From Octopus vulgaris (lineage: Eukaryota), in the NCBI GenBank assembly GCA_951406725.2, contig OX597828.1, positions 54,746,001-54,810,000 on the forward strand: DNA of 64,000 nt. The letters run 5' to 3'. Positions 12,766-26,019 of the stretch are shown piece after piece; within the stretch, counting starts at the first letter, position 1; each line of letters starts with the position of its first letter. Both the position numbers and the translations under genes were made by a program. Below the pieces are notes generated by a model. That model did not search any database. It was not told the DNA's origin and worked only from the letters and a program-made list of their open reading frames with translations.

Positions 12766-13802
12766 TGTGTGTCCAGAAATATGATGAAATCCACAATAGC
12801 GAATGGACATTGATGTCTGCTGTGATAATTGTAGTGCTTTGTTTAGTTTGCAGTAACATCACTAATATAATACATTTGGGAAGAATAAATAAATATATAA
12901 ATATGTGTGTGTTTGTGTGTATGTATATGTGTGTGCTTGTGTGTGTGTGTGTGTATGTGTATATAACAACTACAACAATAATTTCTTGATTTAGCCAGTG
13001 AGTGCAATTCCATACAAATCATTCATACATACAGAACATAAGACGTTAAAAGGAAGTTTTACATGACGTGGGCAATGAGGTAAACAAACAAGTTAGATTT
13101 CTTAAAAATATTAGTTTGAAATACGTTACACCAAAGATGTGGGGATAAGTTGAATAATTTATGAAAAATATGAAAACGTAGAATAATTAAAGTACCGTAA
13201 TAAAACAAAATAAGTGAATAAACGAAGTTCGGTTTATAAAAGACTGGGATAGGGATCTAGTCATCTACATTTAAAGGAATAAACCATTATTGGCACTGAT
13301 TAGAGCACCCGTGGTTATAATTATGCAAACCCTAAAATCCATCCATATATTGCTCTCGGTTGGAAAATATAGAATCTTCCATGTGAAGCTCTTGAAAAAC
13401 TGAAGGGTGCCATGTCCTACGATTGGTTAAAAAGAATGAAACTATAAACTTTATAAGAATACTTTATCAACAGTCGATCTTTTCTTTGGTTTTTTTTTTT
13501 TTTGTTTTTTTCTTGTTTTCTTTCATCACTTCTCTGATTGGCTGGAAAGCCCTAAATCATTTCATGCATCTTGTATCACCCTTTTTGGATTACACGAAGG
13601 GCTGTAAAATTCAGTTCATTCGGGAAGAAAGGCTTCTCCTCAAGAGCGATGTGTTCCATTTCACAGGAGAACGTCTTCTTTTTGCTGGACAAAAATCCCG
13701 CTTCTGTGCAGAGGAAGTGGTCTGTCTCACTTCATGAAAAACCCCTTCTTTTCCCGATGAAATAAATGTTTAGTCTTCTCGCACTCAACGCCCGTCCAGT
13801 GT

Positions 13803-13964
13803 AGGTGCAAGCGTGACTGTGTGATAAGAAGATTGTTTCCCAACCCATGGTTCCGGGTTCAGCCTCACTACGTGGCACCTTGGGCAAGTGTCTTCTACTA
13901 TAGCCTCGGGCCGACCAAAGCCTTGTGAGTGGATTTGGTAGATGGAAACAGAAAGAAGCCCGTC

Positions 13965-14047
<83 letters not shown>

Positions 14048-14265
14048 ACAATGTGTGTGTGCGTCTTTGTGTCTGTATTTGTCCCACATGCCTATCGCCG
14101 CTTGTCAAACGATTTTTGATGTATTTACGCCCCCGTAACCTAGCGGTTCGACAAAAGAGAAATAAGTCATGGGGTCGATTTATTCGGCTACAACCCTTCA
14201 AAGAAGTGCTCTAGTAAGGTTGCAGTCAAATGACTGAAACAAATAAAAGAATAAAAGAATAAACG
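13803..14265 (+). mobile_element. SINE family C, full length with (TA)n
   Basis: Same head, body and tail as 9654-10147. Confidence 0.9.
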
Positions 14266-15427
14266 AATAACGCTTGTACTAAATTCCTTACAAGACAAAT
14301 TCTTGATTTATCAAAATAATCATCGCTTCAACAGAGAGAAAACCACCCCGGAATGATTCTGTGGTTCAGAGGAAGCCCCTGCTAACCTTCCGTCTGCATG
14401 TAATTTTTCATCTGCACTCATCCACATTGACTTCTGGTTCATTGGTAATTTTGAGGCGCAATGATCACAGCCCATGCACCTCATTGTGATGCTTGTAGAT
14501 TACTGACCCCTCCGTCAAAATATGAGTCTATCACCAAATGCATGAGAAACAGATTCAGCTTATCGCTTCATAAGATCTTTTGCAGTCGGTGCTGACCCCT
14601 TCTTTCCTCACACAAAACAGCGGTTCCTTTAAATTTAGTAATTTATTAATTTTTTTCTTTTTAGGCGGGGATGCATTCAACGCCCGTCCACTGTTTGAAA
14701 GGTAGAAGTAGGTCACGTTTCTCTGTACCAGTTCTTGGATAAATTCCTCACTCAATCAAAGAGATACGCCCCCACCCCTTAGGGACACACCACTACCATG
14801 TCTCTCCCTGAACTTGTTCCATGAACAAAACTTGCTTGCCACTAGAAACGTTAGTAAAACTGATTCCATTGCTATTGACGCCATTTACAATATTTTCCTT
14901 TGAAAAATATGAGCGTGAGTATTGTTGTTGTTGTTGTTGCTACTGCCAAGCAAATCGCTACTATTGTTCACGATAGTGCCATTGTCCATTGAAATGTCAT
15001 TATTTTTCTATCAATGTGTGTGTGTGTGTGTTTGTGCGTGCGATTCCTGGTATAAAATATTATTGTTCGTTATTTTTGTATCATGTTTATTTTCTATGTA
15101 GTTGTCTTTTATTTTCAATATATTCTTTGAGGGGGACGTTGTTTCTGTCTCGGAGTCATTTTTAGCATTTGAGCGAATGCAAAGACAAAAAAAAAAGAGA
15201 CAAACAAAAAAAAAAGCAACGAGAGGAAACAAGAGGATATCTTCAAAATGTCTGTTTTCTCAAACAGAAGCAAAAACAACTAAAAGAAAACTCTCACCTT
15301 TTTTCATGTGAACTGTCTACGACATACAATACAGAGACATTCAATTTGGAGGGGAAATATCTACAAACTTTAAGTCAGAATAGAAGCGATATATAAACAA
15401 TTAATGCCGAAGAAGATTAATAACAAC

Positions 15428-15478
<51 letters not shown>

Positions 15479-15487
15479 AATAATAAT

Positions 15488-15852
15488 GAAATTGAGAAAA
15501 TGTGGCATCTCAAGGCGGTTACAATACCAGTGATCGTAGGAGCACTAGGAATGATCAAGAAGGGAACCGAAAATTATATGAGAATGATCCCTGGCTTACC
15601 ATCCCTGCAAGAAGTGCAAAAGATTGTCTTAACTGGTACATCACACGTATTGAGAAGAGCATTGTCGATGTGAGAACTGTTGCTGCTCATGTATTTTAAT
15701 TTAACTTAAAAAAAAAAAAAATTAAAAAAAATGAACGAACTACTGAGTTTGGTTTAATGGCCTACCAATGTATACTATGAGTTTCTTTGCCCTAGGAGTC
15801 GGGAAGACACTCGGCAAGAAATGGAAGCAAATTTGAAAGAAGAAAAAAAAAA

Positions 15853-15853
<1 letters not shown>
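15488..15853 (+). mobile_element. 5'-truncated R4/Dong-like non-LTR retrotransposon (RLE C-terminus plus 3' UTR)
   Basis: Uninterrupted EIEKMWHLKAVTIPVIVGALGMIKKG..LQEVQKIVLTGTSHVLRRAL* (15488-15673), typical of restriction-like endonuclease C-termini. Flanked on both sides by (AAT)n. Confidence 0.82.
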
Positions 15854-15892
<39 letters not shown>

Positions 15893-15893
<1 letters not shown>

Positions 15894-16475
15894 CCTTTCT
15901 ATTATAGGCACAAGGCCTGAAATTTTGGCAGAGGGAGCCAGTCGATTAGATCGACCCCAGTACGCATCTGGTACTTAATTTATCGGCCCCGAAAGGATGA
16001 AAGGCAAAGTCGAAATACCTATTTCTTTACTACCCACAGGAGGCTAAACACAGAGAGGACAGACAAACGGTTTAAGTCGATTATATCGACCCCAGTGCGT
16101 AACTGGTACTTATTTAATCGACCCCGAAAGGATGAAAGGTAAAGTCGACCTCGGCGGAATTTGAACTCAGAACGTAGCGGCAGACGAAATACGGCTAAGC
16201 ATTTCGCCCGGCGTGCCAACGATTCTGACAGCTCTCTGCCTTAATAATAGTAGTAATAGTAATGATGATGATGATGATTATGATGATGATGATTTCAAAT
16301 TTTAATATAAAGCCAGCAGTTTCAGGGGAAAAGGTCAGTCTTCGACCCCAGTGCTCAACTGGTACTTATTTTACCGACCCTGAAAGGATGAAAGGCAAAG
16401 TCGACACCGGCAGAATGTGAACTCAGAACAAAATGCTGCTAAGCAATTTTCCCGGTGAAGTAACGATTCAGCGCA
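15893..16475 (-). mobile_element. SINE family A composite (standard tail, alternative-tail copy, degenerate copy)
   Basis: Same modules as 2995-3885. Confidence 0.88.
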
Positions 16476-16494
16476 TTGATGAGAGCAGGGAGAT

Positions 16495-17154
16495 GGTAGA
16501 GCTCATTACCCCCAATACGAGAGCATTTGAGTCTCTGGCGACATGTGACAAAAGCTGGATCGGCTGTTATCCAGAGATCAGGAGACAGTGATTAATGAAA
16601 GCATTCTGGCTCCACCTGACTCAAGAGGGCCAAGCAAAGCCAGTCCACCGGAAAGCTTATGAAGATCTCCTTCTTCGAAAGTAAGAGCATAATCTACATC
16701 TATTGGGTTCCCTTTGGCAAGACGATCAACAAAGAGTATCTTTTGTTGGTTTGAGAGAGCTCTGGAAAATATTTCATTGCAAAAGGACAAAACGCTTCCA
16801 CTTGGGTCGGTGGAACCTGCACTGGGACAATGAATCAGTCCACAATTCCATCCTGGTAACCGACTACTTGGCAGAGACAGGCGTCAAATTATTCCCCGTA
16901 CTCCGTACAGTCCAGACCTAGCTTGCTGTGACTTTTGGTTGTCCCCCAAGCTCAAGGAGAGCCTCAGGGGCAGTTGTTTTGAAGACATTGCGGTTATAAC
17001 AAAGGTCCTGGACACCTTCCACGAGGCCTACACGAAGTGGCTGGAGTACTACAGCTGCATCGAAATCTTTGAAGGGGGTTAGTGTTTTGCACTTCTTAGA
17101 AATTAATAGATGTCTTTCCTGAATAAGTCTCAAAACTTCAAGAATGCACCTTAC
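16495..17154 (+). pseudogene. mariner (DD34D) transposase fragment with probable 3' TIR
   Basis: Motifs ATCDKSWI, HWDNESVH, YSPDLACCDFWLSPKLK. Frameshifted; ends ..AAAACTTCAAGAATGCACCTTAC. Confidence 0.85.
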
Positions 17155-17189
17155 ATTTATCAGTTATATCTTTTGTAATCAGACGTAGC

Positions 17190-17713
17190 ATACATACATA
17201 CATTATGGCTGCCCCCTCGTTATCAAGTATGGCCAATGCACGAATCTTAACTGTTACTGGTGCTGTGATCGAATGTGACTTTTTAGCCCAGCTAAAGATC
17301 TACAATGTCTTGTACAAAATTGGCAACTAAGACCTTTAGTGGTAATAGCCGGCTTCATTTACCTTTGCATCTCGTTTAAGTCCTCCTGCCGAATTACACT
17401 CTCTTCCACATGCCCGACAGATATGATTAGTATGGTGTGTTACACCACCACAAGTGGCCAGGTTGACACTCATCTGTCTCGTTTTATGACTACGAAGATG
17501 ACTCTTGAGTCAAACTTTACTGAGGCAGGGTCTTGCACAGACACTGCATGTCAGCATCAAAGGAAGACCCTTCCCATCTGGAAGTGTAACAGCGATGCCC
17601 TTCCTGACATCCCTCCTTACTTTCTCATGTGCAACTCGAGATTTCTCAAAAGTGGCTGTCCCCTCGTGCACAATCCTTCTCCACCTGCTACGATCAATAG
17701 CTATGCCTTCCCA
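17190..17713 (-). mobile_element. RTE-clade LINE 3' end
   Basis: WEGIAIDRSRWRRIVHEGTATFE..CSVCARPCLSKV*LKSHLRSH (RTE-type C-terminus with C2H2-like motif), then UTR and (ATGT)n tail. Confidence 0.8.
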
Positions 17714-17949
17714 TACATACATACACACATACATGCATACATACACACATACATACACACATACATACATACATACATACATACATACATACATACATAC
17801 ATACATAAATGCATACATACATATACACACACACATGTATGCATGTATGCATGTATTTCTGTCTCTGCTTGTCTGTCTCAGTGCGTGACTGCTTGTCTGT
17901 TTGTCTGTCTGTCTCCCTCTCTCCCTTTCTCTTTCATTCTCTGTCTCCC

Positions 17950-17980
<31 letters not shown>

Positions 17981-18328
17981 TAAATACACACACACACACA
18001 CACACATGTGTCTATCATTTCCATTATGTAATCATTTATCATGTGTGTAATCAAGAGTATCTGTCAAAAGCGGATTAGATGCATACTAGTGAGCTGAAAA
18101 GAAGGTGGTGACCTTTGTGCATTTCTCAAGAGCATCAGGGATGGAGATAGGGTAGTATCTCCAACCGGCCAGAAATGAAATCCGAGCAGCAGACTTGGCT
18201 TGGCTGCCTGTAGCTGACTTCCTCGATGGATGGACGGACGGCGACTGCATTGTGGAACGATAAAACAATACCAAAATAATCGGAGACAGATTATTTTGAG
18301 AGAGTGTGTGTGTGTGTTTGTATGAGAG

Positions 18329-18386
<58 letters not shown>

Positions 18387-18824
18387 GGAGAGAGAAGGAA
18401 AGGAACAGAGAGAGAAGGAGGGAGACGAGCAGAATGAGAGAGAAAGAGAGAGTTGAAATAAGAGGTGAGTAAGATAGAATATGTCAAGATATGATGTATG
18501 TTTTCTTGACATGTTTGGTAAATGTTAGTTGCCGTTCGGTAAGAACATGTCAACTGATATTTTAGAGGAATCTCTCTTAATTAACCGGAAGTTGTCCTTC
18601 CATTTATAGGAAGCCATCTTTTTCGAGATTGGAATGGTAAGGTTACTAAGTCTCAATATGTCTGACATATGTTTGTAGATGTTCAAATATTATAGGCACG
18701 TACGTATGCATTATACGTATGTATATGTATAGATGCATGTACACATATGTATGTGCATGCATATGCATGTAGTATATACATGTATATGTACATGTATATA
18801 TATATATTTATTCACATATATATA

Positions 18825-18860
<36 letters not shown>

Positions 18861-19005
18861 TGTATGTATGTATGTATGTATGTATATATTTGTATGTATA
18901 TATGAACGTATGAACGTATGTATATATGAACGTATGAACGTATGTGTGCACGAATGTATAAATGCAAGTATATATCTATAAATATCTGTGTTTATGTACG
19001 AATGC

Positions 19006-19095
<90 letters not shown>

Positions 19096-20301
19096 GTGTG
19101 TTCTAAATGGTCAGTAATGATCTTCGGTCACGAGTGGACAGTACATATATTTACATACATATATGTATGTAAATATATGTACAAGTGTGATCTGTATAAT
19201 TATAAGTAAAGTTTTGCGCAAATTCTCCGTATGCAGACAAATATAGGCACTCGCGTGCGCGCCCGTACGTGCAAACATACACATCTACTACCATAAATAT
19301 GTATTTAACTCATAAACGCAAACTAACTTACAAACATACAACATACAAACGTAAGAAATATAAGGTATATATATATATATATATATAATTGTTATTTGAG
19401 GGAATACTAATCCTAACTTACAGGGAAAAATTCAATTTAGAAATACTAAATCAAATTTCACATAATATAATATATATATATATAAAATTTGAAAAAAGAA
19501 ACACCTTGTATCAAATCAAAATGAACAATTAAATTACACCATCTAGAAAATTACATATATATATATATAGATATATATAAATTACATATATATATATATA
19601 TTTATATTACATATATATATATATATGTTCTCCTATATAAAAGCGAGTGTGTGTGGTTATGTAGTATATTTAGGATCAAAAGGCTCTGAAACGGTGAATC
19701 CTCGGGTAAAACGAATTTGACTGTAAATAATAATAAAATATATAATTTGCAATGAGAAATAACTAAACTTTGAGACCGACAAATCTCCCACCCTCTACCT
19801 GTCAAACAGATTCTCTCTCTCTCTCTCTCTTCTCCTTTCCACCTCTATATATATTTACCACCCTCTCTTTGTGTATATTCTACCTCTCACGTATGTTACT
19901 CCCCATCTTTCTCCCCTCCTCTCTCTCTCTCTCCATATGATATGCAATTGCTTTCATCTTCTTTAAAACATCGTCGTCTAATATTTACTTTCATTTTATG
20001 ATACAGCTATTAAACACAAATACTGTTTTCTTTCTAGGTAAAAATGCCCAAAATTTAAACATCTGTAACATTTTTCTAAATTTATTTTTGGAAAGAATGA
20101 ATCACAAAATCGGATTTAGCGCGAAAATGTGCATCAATAAGCCAAATTTGAAAATGTTCACTTAATCTGTAAATTTCAAAATCTGTTCCTGGAACGGAAA
20201 AGATTTCCCCATCAATTTATCTATATATTTATCTCTTTATTTTCCGATTCTCATCGTGAACTTCCTCCATCTATATATATATATTTATCACATTGCTCAC
20301 G

Positions 20302-20368
<67 letters not shown>

Positions 20369-20496
20369 TGACTATGTGTGAGAGAGAGAGTGTGTGTCTG
20401 TATGTGTGTGTGTGTGTGAGGGTGTGTGTATGCATGTGAAGTACGTCATATATATACATATATATGCACGGTGCTATCTATCTATTTATTTATCTG

Positions 20497-20569
<73 letters not shown>

Positions 20570-20645
20570 ATATATAGTTGTGTCCGTATCTCATTATCAC
20601 ATCTATCTATCACACCTATCTATATGTGATAGATGTGATTGAAGT

Positions 20646-20703
<58 letters not shown>

Positions 20704-20779
20704 CAGATAAATGTGATGGATAGATAGATGTGATGGATAGATAGATGTGATGGATAGATAGATGTGATAGATGTACTTC

Positions 20780-21270
20780 ACAACCAGTGTTGGCTTGTTT
20801 ATATTCCTGTAACGTAACAGTTCGGCAATAAGCGTGCGATAGAAAAAGTACAAGATTTAAAAGTACTGAGGTCGAATTGTTTAACGAAATACTTCAAGTT
20901 GATGTTCTATCATGGCCGCAGTCTTATGACTGAAAGAAGCAAAAACGTTAAAAGATACATTCGTGTCTGTGCGTGTGTGTATGTGTGTATGCGTGTGCGA
21001 GCTTGTGTGTATATTTTCCTTGTATTTTTTTAATTTGTCATCGGATTGCGGCCATGCTGGGGCACAGCCTTGAAGGGTTATAGTCGAACAAATTGACTCC
21101 AGCAAATATTTTCTGAACTCCGGTACTCATCGGACTCTTCCACCGAATCGGGATGCAAACAAATCGACACCGGGCGACAAGCGATGGGGAAACAGAGAGA
21201 AAGACAAAGACACGCGCCAAGTGACCGAGAAGCAAACTATTTACCACAGAACCACGCCTGTGCCTTCACA
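20780..21270. mobile_element. two partial family C SINEs in opposite orientation
   Basis: Plus-strand 3' half at about 20780-20955; minus-strand copy at about 21020-21270 (TGCGGCCATGCTGGGGCAC). Confidence 0.7.
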
Positions 21271-21364
21271 CGGCCATAATGTTGTAAGGAAGGAATACAT
21301 GTTATACCATCATCTCCATCCTACGTCTAAGCATGTGTATATATAAATATAGATCGTTAGCCAC

Positions 21365-21535
21365 TACGTACATTTTTTTCTCTCCTTGTTTTTTCTGTGT
21401 ACCTTTCTGTAGAAGAGCATTGGCTCGAAATGTAAAAGACTTTTTCTATTCCTGAGCGCTATACTAATACATCTGTTTGTTTTGTACACCACCTGCCTTA
21501 GTCTTTTGTTTATTTTTTCGTAAACTTTCCCTTTA
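21365..21535 (+). mobile_element. short interspersed repeat, probable Penelope pseudo-LTR fragment
   Basis: GAAGAGCnTnGGCTCGAAA..TAAAAGACTTTTTCTATTCCTGAGCG..CCACCTG; homologous copies at about 33716-33825 and 38197-38352. All lie next to TA-rich tracts. Confidence 0.55.
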
Positions 21536-21551
21536 TATATATATACATACG

Positions 21552-22150
21552 CGACTGTCAGTAATTGTTACTGAGGGAGCAGGGTAGCACCTACATTGCT
21601 AGAAATAAGAGTCAAAGATCCTTAGAGCCTCAAAGCACATGTCTATGCACTGACAGGGGAGATAACCGCCCCACAGAAAGCGAGATCACCATACTAGTCT
21701 AGTTTCTAGTGGTGAGTAGTCCATCGCTGAATGGTTTGGCTTCATCCGACCGTCGGAATATCGTATTTACCATATGAATCAACGGATGATTCAGCAAAAT
21801 GGTAATGGTAAAAATATAGAAAGAACGAAGGTGACTATACGAAGTATAAACCAAAAATGAAAATTCAATTGTCTCTGAAGGTGCAGGGTGGCACCTAAAT
21901 TGCGAGAAATAATTCATTGATTCGTATGCTAAATACAAAATACTGACGGATTTAACCAAACCATCCAGTGATGATGCGCTTTAACTTTAAGCCAAATAAC
22001 ACTAGTATGGTGATCTCACTCGCTGTGGGGCAGTTATCTCCGCTGTCGGTGCATAGACATGTGCTTTTCTGCGGCTCTAAGGGTCTTTGAGTTTTATTTC
22101 TAGCAACGTAGTTGCTACTCGGCTCCCACAGTCACAATTATTGACAACTG
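21552..22150. mobile_element. non-autonomous foldback/MITE with about 145-bp terminal inverted repeats
   Basis: 21552-21698 is the diverged reverse complement of 22000-22150 (e.g. GCACATGTCTATGCAC / GTGCATAGACATGTGC; GAGATCACCATACTAGT / ACTAGTATGGTGATCTC). Confidence 0.85.
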
Positions 22151-22288
22151 AATTTTTTCCTACTTGGTTTTTATACTGCGTATAGCCGCCTTTGTTATAA
22201 TAGCTGTATAAATGTACGTACACACACACACACACGTGTGTCTGTGTGCTGTAAGTGTTATGTATTCAAATACATGTATGTGTGTGTG

Positions 22289-22354
<66 letters not shown>

Positions 22355-22607
22355 TGTGTGTGTGTGTACATACACACAGATATAGAGAAAGATTTATACA
22401 TGAATACACACACAAGCTCATATATATTTACATCGAAGTATGGAGTTTTTTTATATACTTAAACACATATATTTTATTGTTTATGAACACATTGAGTATG
22501 CGTATATGTGTTTACGCGTATCTGAGTATATATATGTATAGATACATACATACACACACATATACATGTACAAATACATACATATATATGTATATATACA
22601 TACGTAC

Positions 22608-22662
<55 letters not shown>

Positions 22663-23182
22663 CATATACATTAAACACACACATACATACACAAACATAT
22701 ATATACATACATGCGCTCTTACGCACATGTATATTGATATTTGCTTGTGTTTGTGTGTCTGTACAAATGTTTGGTTAAGTACAGTCGTGCGTCTAATCTT
22801 TACACCAATGTTAACATGTACGTATTGTATCCAGAAAGCTGGCCGCCAGCAACAACCAGTACATACAAAGAAGGGATTAATAAGCCGTGAAAAAAAAGTA
22901 CACGAGCCTCTTAAGCTGTCCTATATTTAAACCGAACCGCATTTGATCAGAAGCGAAGTCCAACATAAAAAATATATATACTTGTCTACTACTTCTCCTT
23001 GTGTTCACAGACAGGTATACACCCGTTGTGAAATCATTACGGTGTATGTTGTATCACAATCTCATACAAACACACACAAATACACAAACAAACAAATACA
23101 TACTCACACACATACATAGACACTCACACATTCACCTGCGTGTGTGCAATGTGTGATATTGGGTAGACATAAATTTCTGTAC

Positions 23183-23258
<76 letters not shown>

Positions 23259-23423
23259 TACAAAAATGGGACGGGAACGCAAAACATCCAGACAGAGGAT
23301 ACAAAGAAAACACACACACATACACACATATATATTATGTAGGTGTATATATATATATATATATGTATGTACATTATATATTTATATGTATGTATATGTA
23401 CATATATATGTATGTATATATAA

Positions 23424-23670
23424 GGCGGCGAGCTGGTACAAACGTTAGCACGCCGGGCGAAATTCGTAACCGTATTTCGTCTGTCGTTACGTTCCGAGTT
23501 CAAATTCCGCCGAGGCCGGCTTTGCCTTTCATCCTTTCGGGATCGATAAATTAAGTACCAGTTACTCACTGAGGTCGATGTAATCGACTTAATCCCTTTG
23601 TCTGTCCTTGTTTGTCCCCTTGTGGGTAGTAAAGAAATGTGTTTAGCCCCTTGTGGGTAGTAAAGAAATG
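23424..23670 (+). mobile_element. SINE family A with alternative, duplicated tail
   Basis: GGCGGCGAGCTGG head; tail CCCCTTGTGGGTAGTAAAGAAATGT occurs twice. Confidence 0.88.
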
Positions 23671-23716
<46 letters not shown>

Positions 23717-25948
23717 TGTGTATGTGCGTGTTTGTCTGTGTATATATATATATATATATACACGCACAAATTTATACATATATGTATGTAGTTATGTATG
23801 TGTAAGTATATCCTAGTATAGCTTGTCTGTGGTGATATGAGATACATACGTATATACGTGTGTATGTGTGCGAGTGCGTGCGATTTTCCGCCATGTGTAG
23901 GTATATATATATATGTAGATATGTTTGATATGAAAGAAAACAGGCTGATGGCAGGTGAGGGAATTCTTGCCTCAGTAATCACACTAGACGACTAATTACC
24001 GAGAGCAAAGCCATCTGCATCAGAGAAGACATTATACTATAGCAACAGCAGCAGCAGCAACAACAGACGCAAACAACAACAAGAACAACAACAATGGCTG
24101 CCAAAAGTACGTTGAAAAGGGGGGAAGGTTTTTGGAGATAATAGAGTAGCCAGAGGGAAGAAGGGCCTTGGCTGGTGAAGATAACATCACACAGACGATA
24201 TTGTATTACAAGAGTTGCTGATCCGAAACAATCAGGTGACTTGTTTATGGTCATTTGAATTGGTAGAAATAGCAACTAAATCTACCCTTTTTCAGAAAAA
24301 GAAAGACGTGTAGATAATATAGTTTTATATATGTTATGAATGGAAAAATAAAATAAAATAAACGTAATGGTTATAGCTGGAACGTCTTTGATTATAAGTC
24401 TGCCACATCATGGCTGGATTTGGCCTGATCAATATTATCACCACTAGCACCTCTAACAGCGCCTCTAGCATCATAGAGCTTCTATGGGATAGGTCCACTC
24501 AACAGAAATAGCAACTACATTATCCTCATCATACTACCTTGAAAGAGGCGGAATACTTAGTTAATGTCGTCCTACATATCCTCGTCTCCAAATGACGGAA
24601 CGGTTACCGTTAGGATGCTGTGATTGTAAACTTGCATTTATCAGAGATGATTAGGGGTTAAAAAATCCATAACAACGACAACAACAACATTCAATATCTT
24701 AAAGCAGGGAAAATAACGTGGATATTGTGATCGGAGATACACTATACTTTAAAGAAAAGAGGAGATGGTCATGGCTGAAACGTCTTTGATCAGGAATGAT
24801 TAATACCCCAATTATGATATCTATAGGAAATTCATTAGCATCTGGAAATACATTACATCACCATAGGGGCTAAACAAATATCTTAATAGAGCCATTACAT
24901 TTCTGTACACATAAATGTCCGACTTATTTTGAATTTATTCGAACCTAACACAGAAACAGAGTACTCTCGCTAAAATTTTCGATATTTTGGATTTAAAGAA
25001 CAGTAATAATTCAAAGAAGAGCCTGACTCTATTGATGGAACTGCAGCTGAAATTTGAGGAGGATATTTCTGTGGTGAAGTGAATGGTCTTAAGAAGTAAA
25101 TAGTTTCGGTAAATCTAAAAATTAATGTGCAAACCCTTTACATTTTCTTTGAAATATAATGTTGATGCAAATACTAAATTATCATGGGGGGGGGGGGCAA
25201 GGATGTATATGGGATTGCAGAAAATGCAAATCAGATGGTGTAGTACAGAAGTGATTTATTTAAGTACAAATTCAAACTACTACTGCCACACAGCAATGTC
25301 CTTGCCTCTATATTGTACGGGTAATTTAATCCAGAACAGCCTAGTAAACGGTTGATGCTCTCTTAAGAAAATGATATACAAAGTTACTATAACACGAAAC
25401 GATGAAAAGATATTGGATTTACAAAGTAAACATTTAAGAAACGATTCAACCAGCACATACATTCCTTCAGATTCTGAATCTACTCGACGTCTCTATCATA
25501 TTTTATTGAGTAACTAAAAGGTAACCGAATCGCAAACACCCAAATCTCCTGACACATTCAAGATATAGCACCCCGTATATCAATGTGACACACGTGTGTT
25601 ATGCTTACTGGAAAATTGCACTACATACAGACACAGTAAGTAATCATTTCCACTTGACCGTTCCATCACCAGTGGAAGGTACTGAAGTTCATTATGTCAC
25701 TTCTAGAACCAATGAGAGCCAAAAGCCAATAACATGCTCTATCTTGTTTTTCACTTGCATTCAACCTCCCCAATCTTTTATTTTTCTATATATTTACTTA
25801 CATATCTGTCTTGCATTAAACCCCTAAATACTGATGAAGTCGTAGGAGAGCCGCCATACAAGTTTTAAGCATTTTAAAAGTCCATCACCTTTCATATTTG
25901 ATTACAACTGATTTCTTCAAAAATGAGTGAGATAGAGAGTGAGTGAGT

Positions 25949-26019
<71 letters not shown>

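Noticed and set aside
19629-20215. Possible Helitron (TC..CTATATAAAAG start)
   Set aside because: No 3' hairpin plus CTRR end identified.
25831-25860. CTGATGA hammerhead-like start
   Set aside because: No stem II or GAAA follows.
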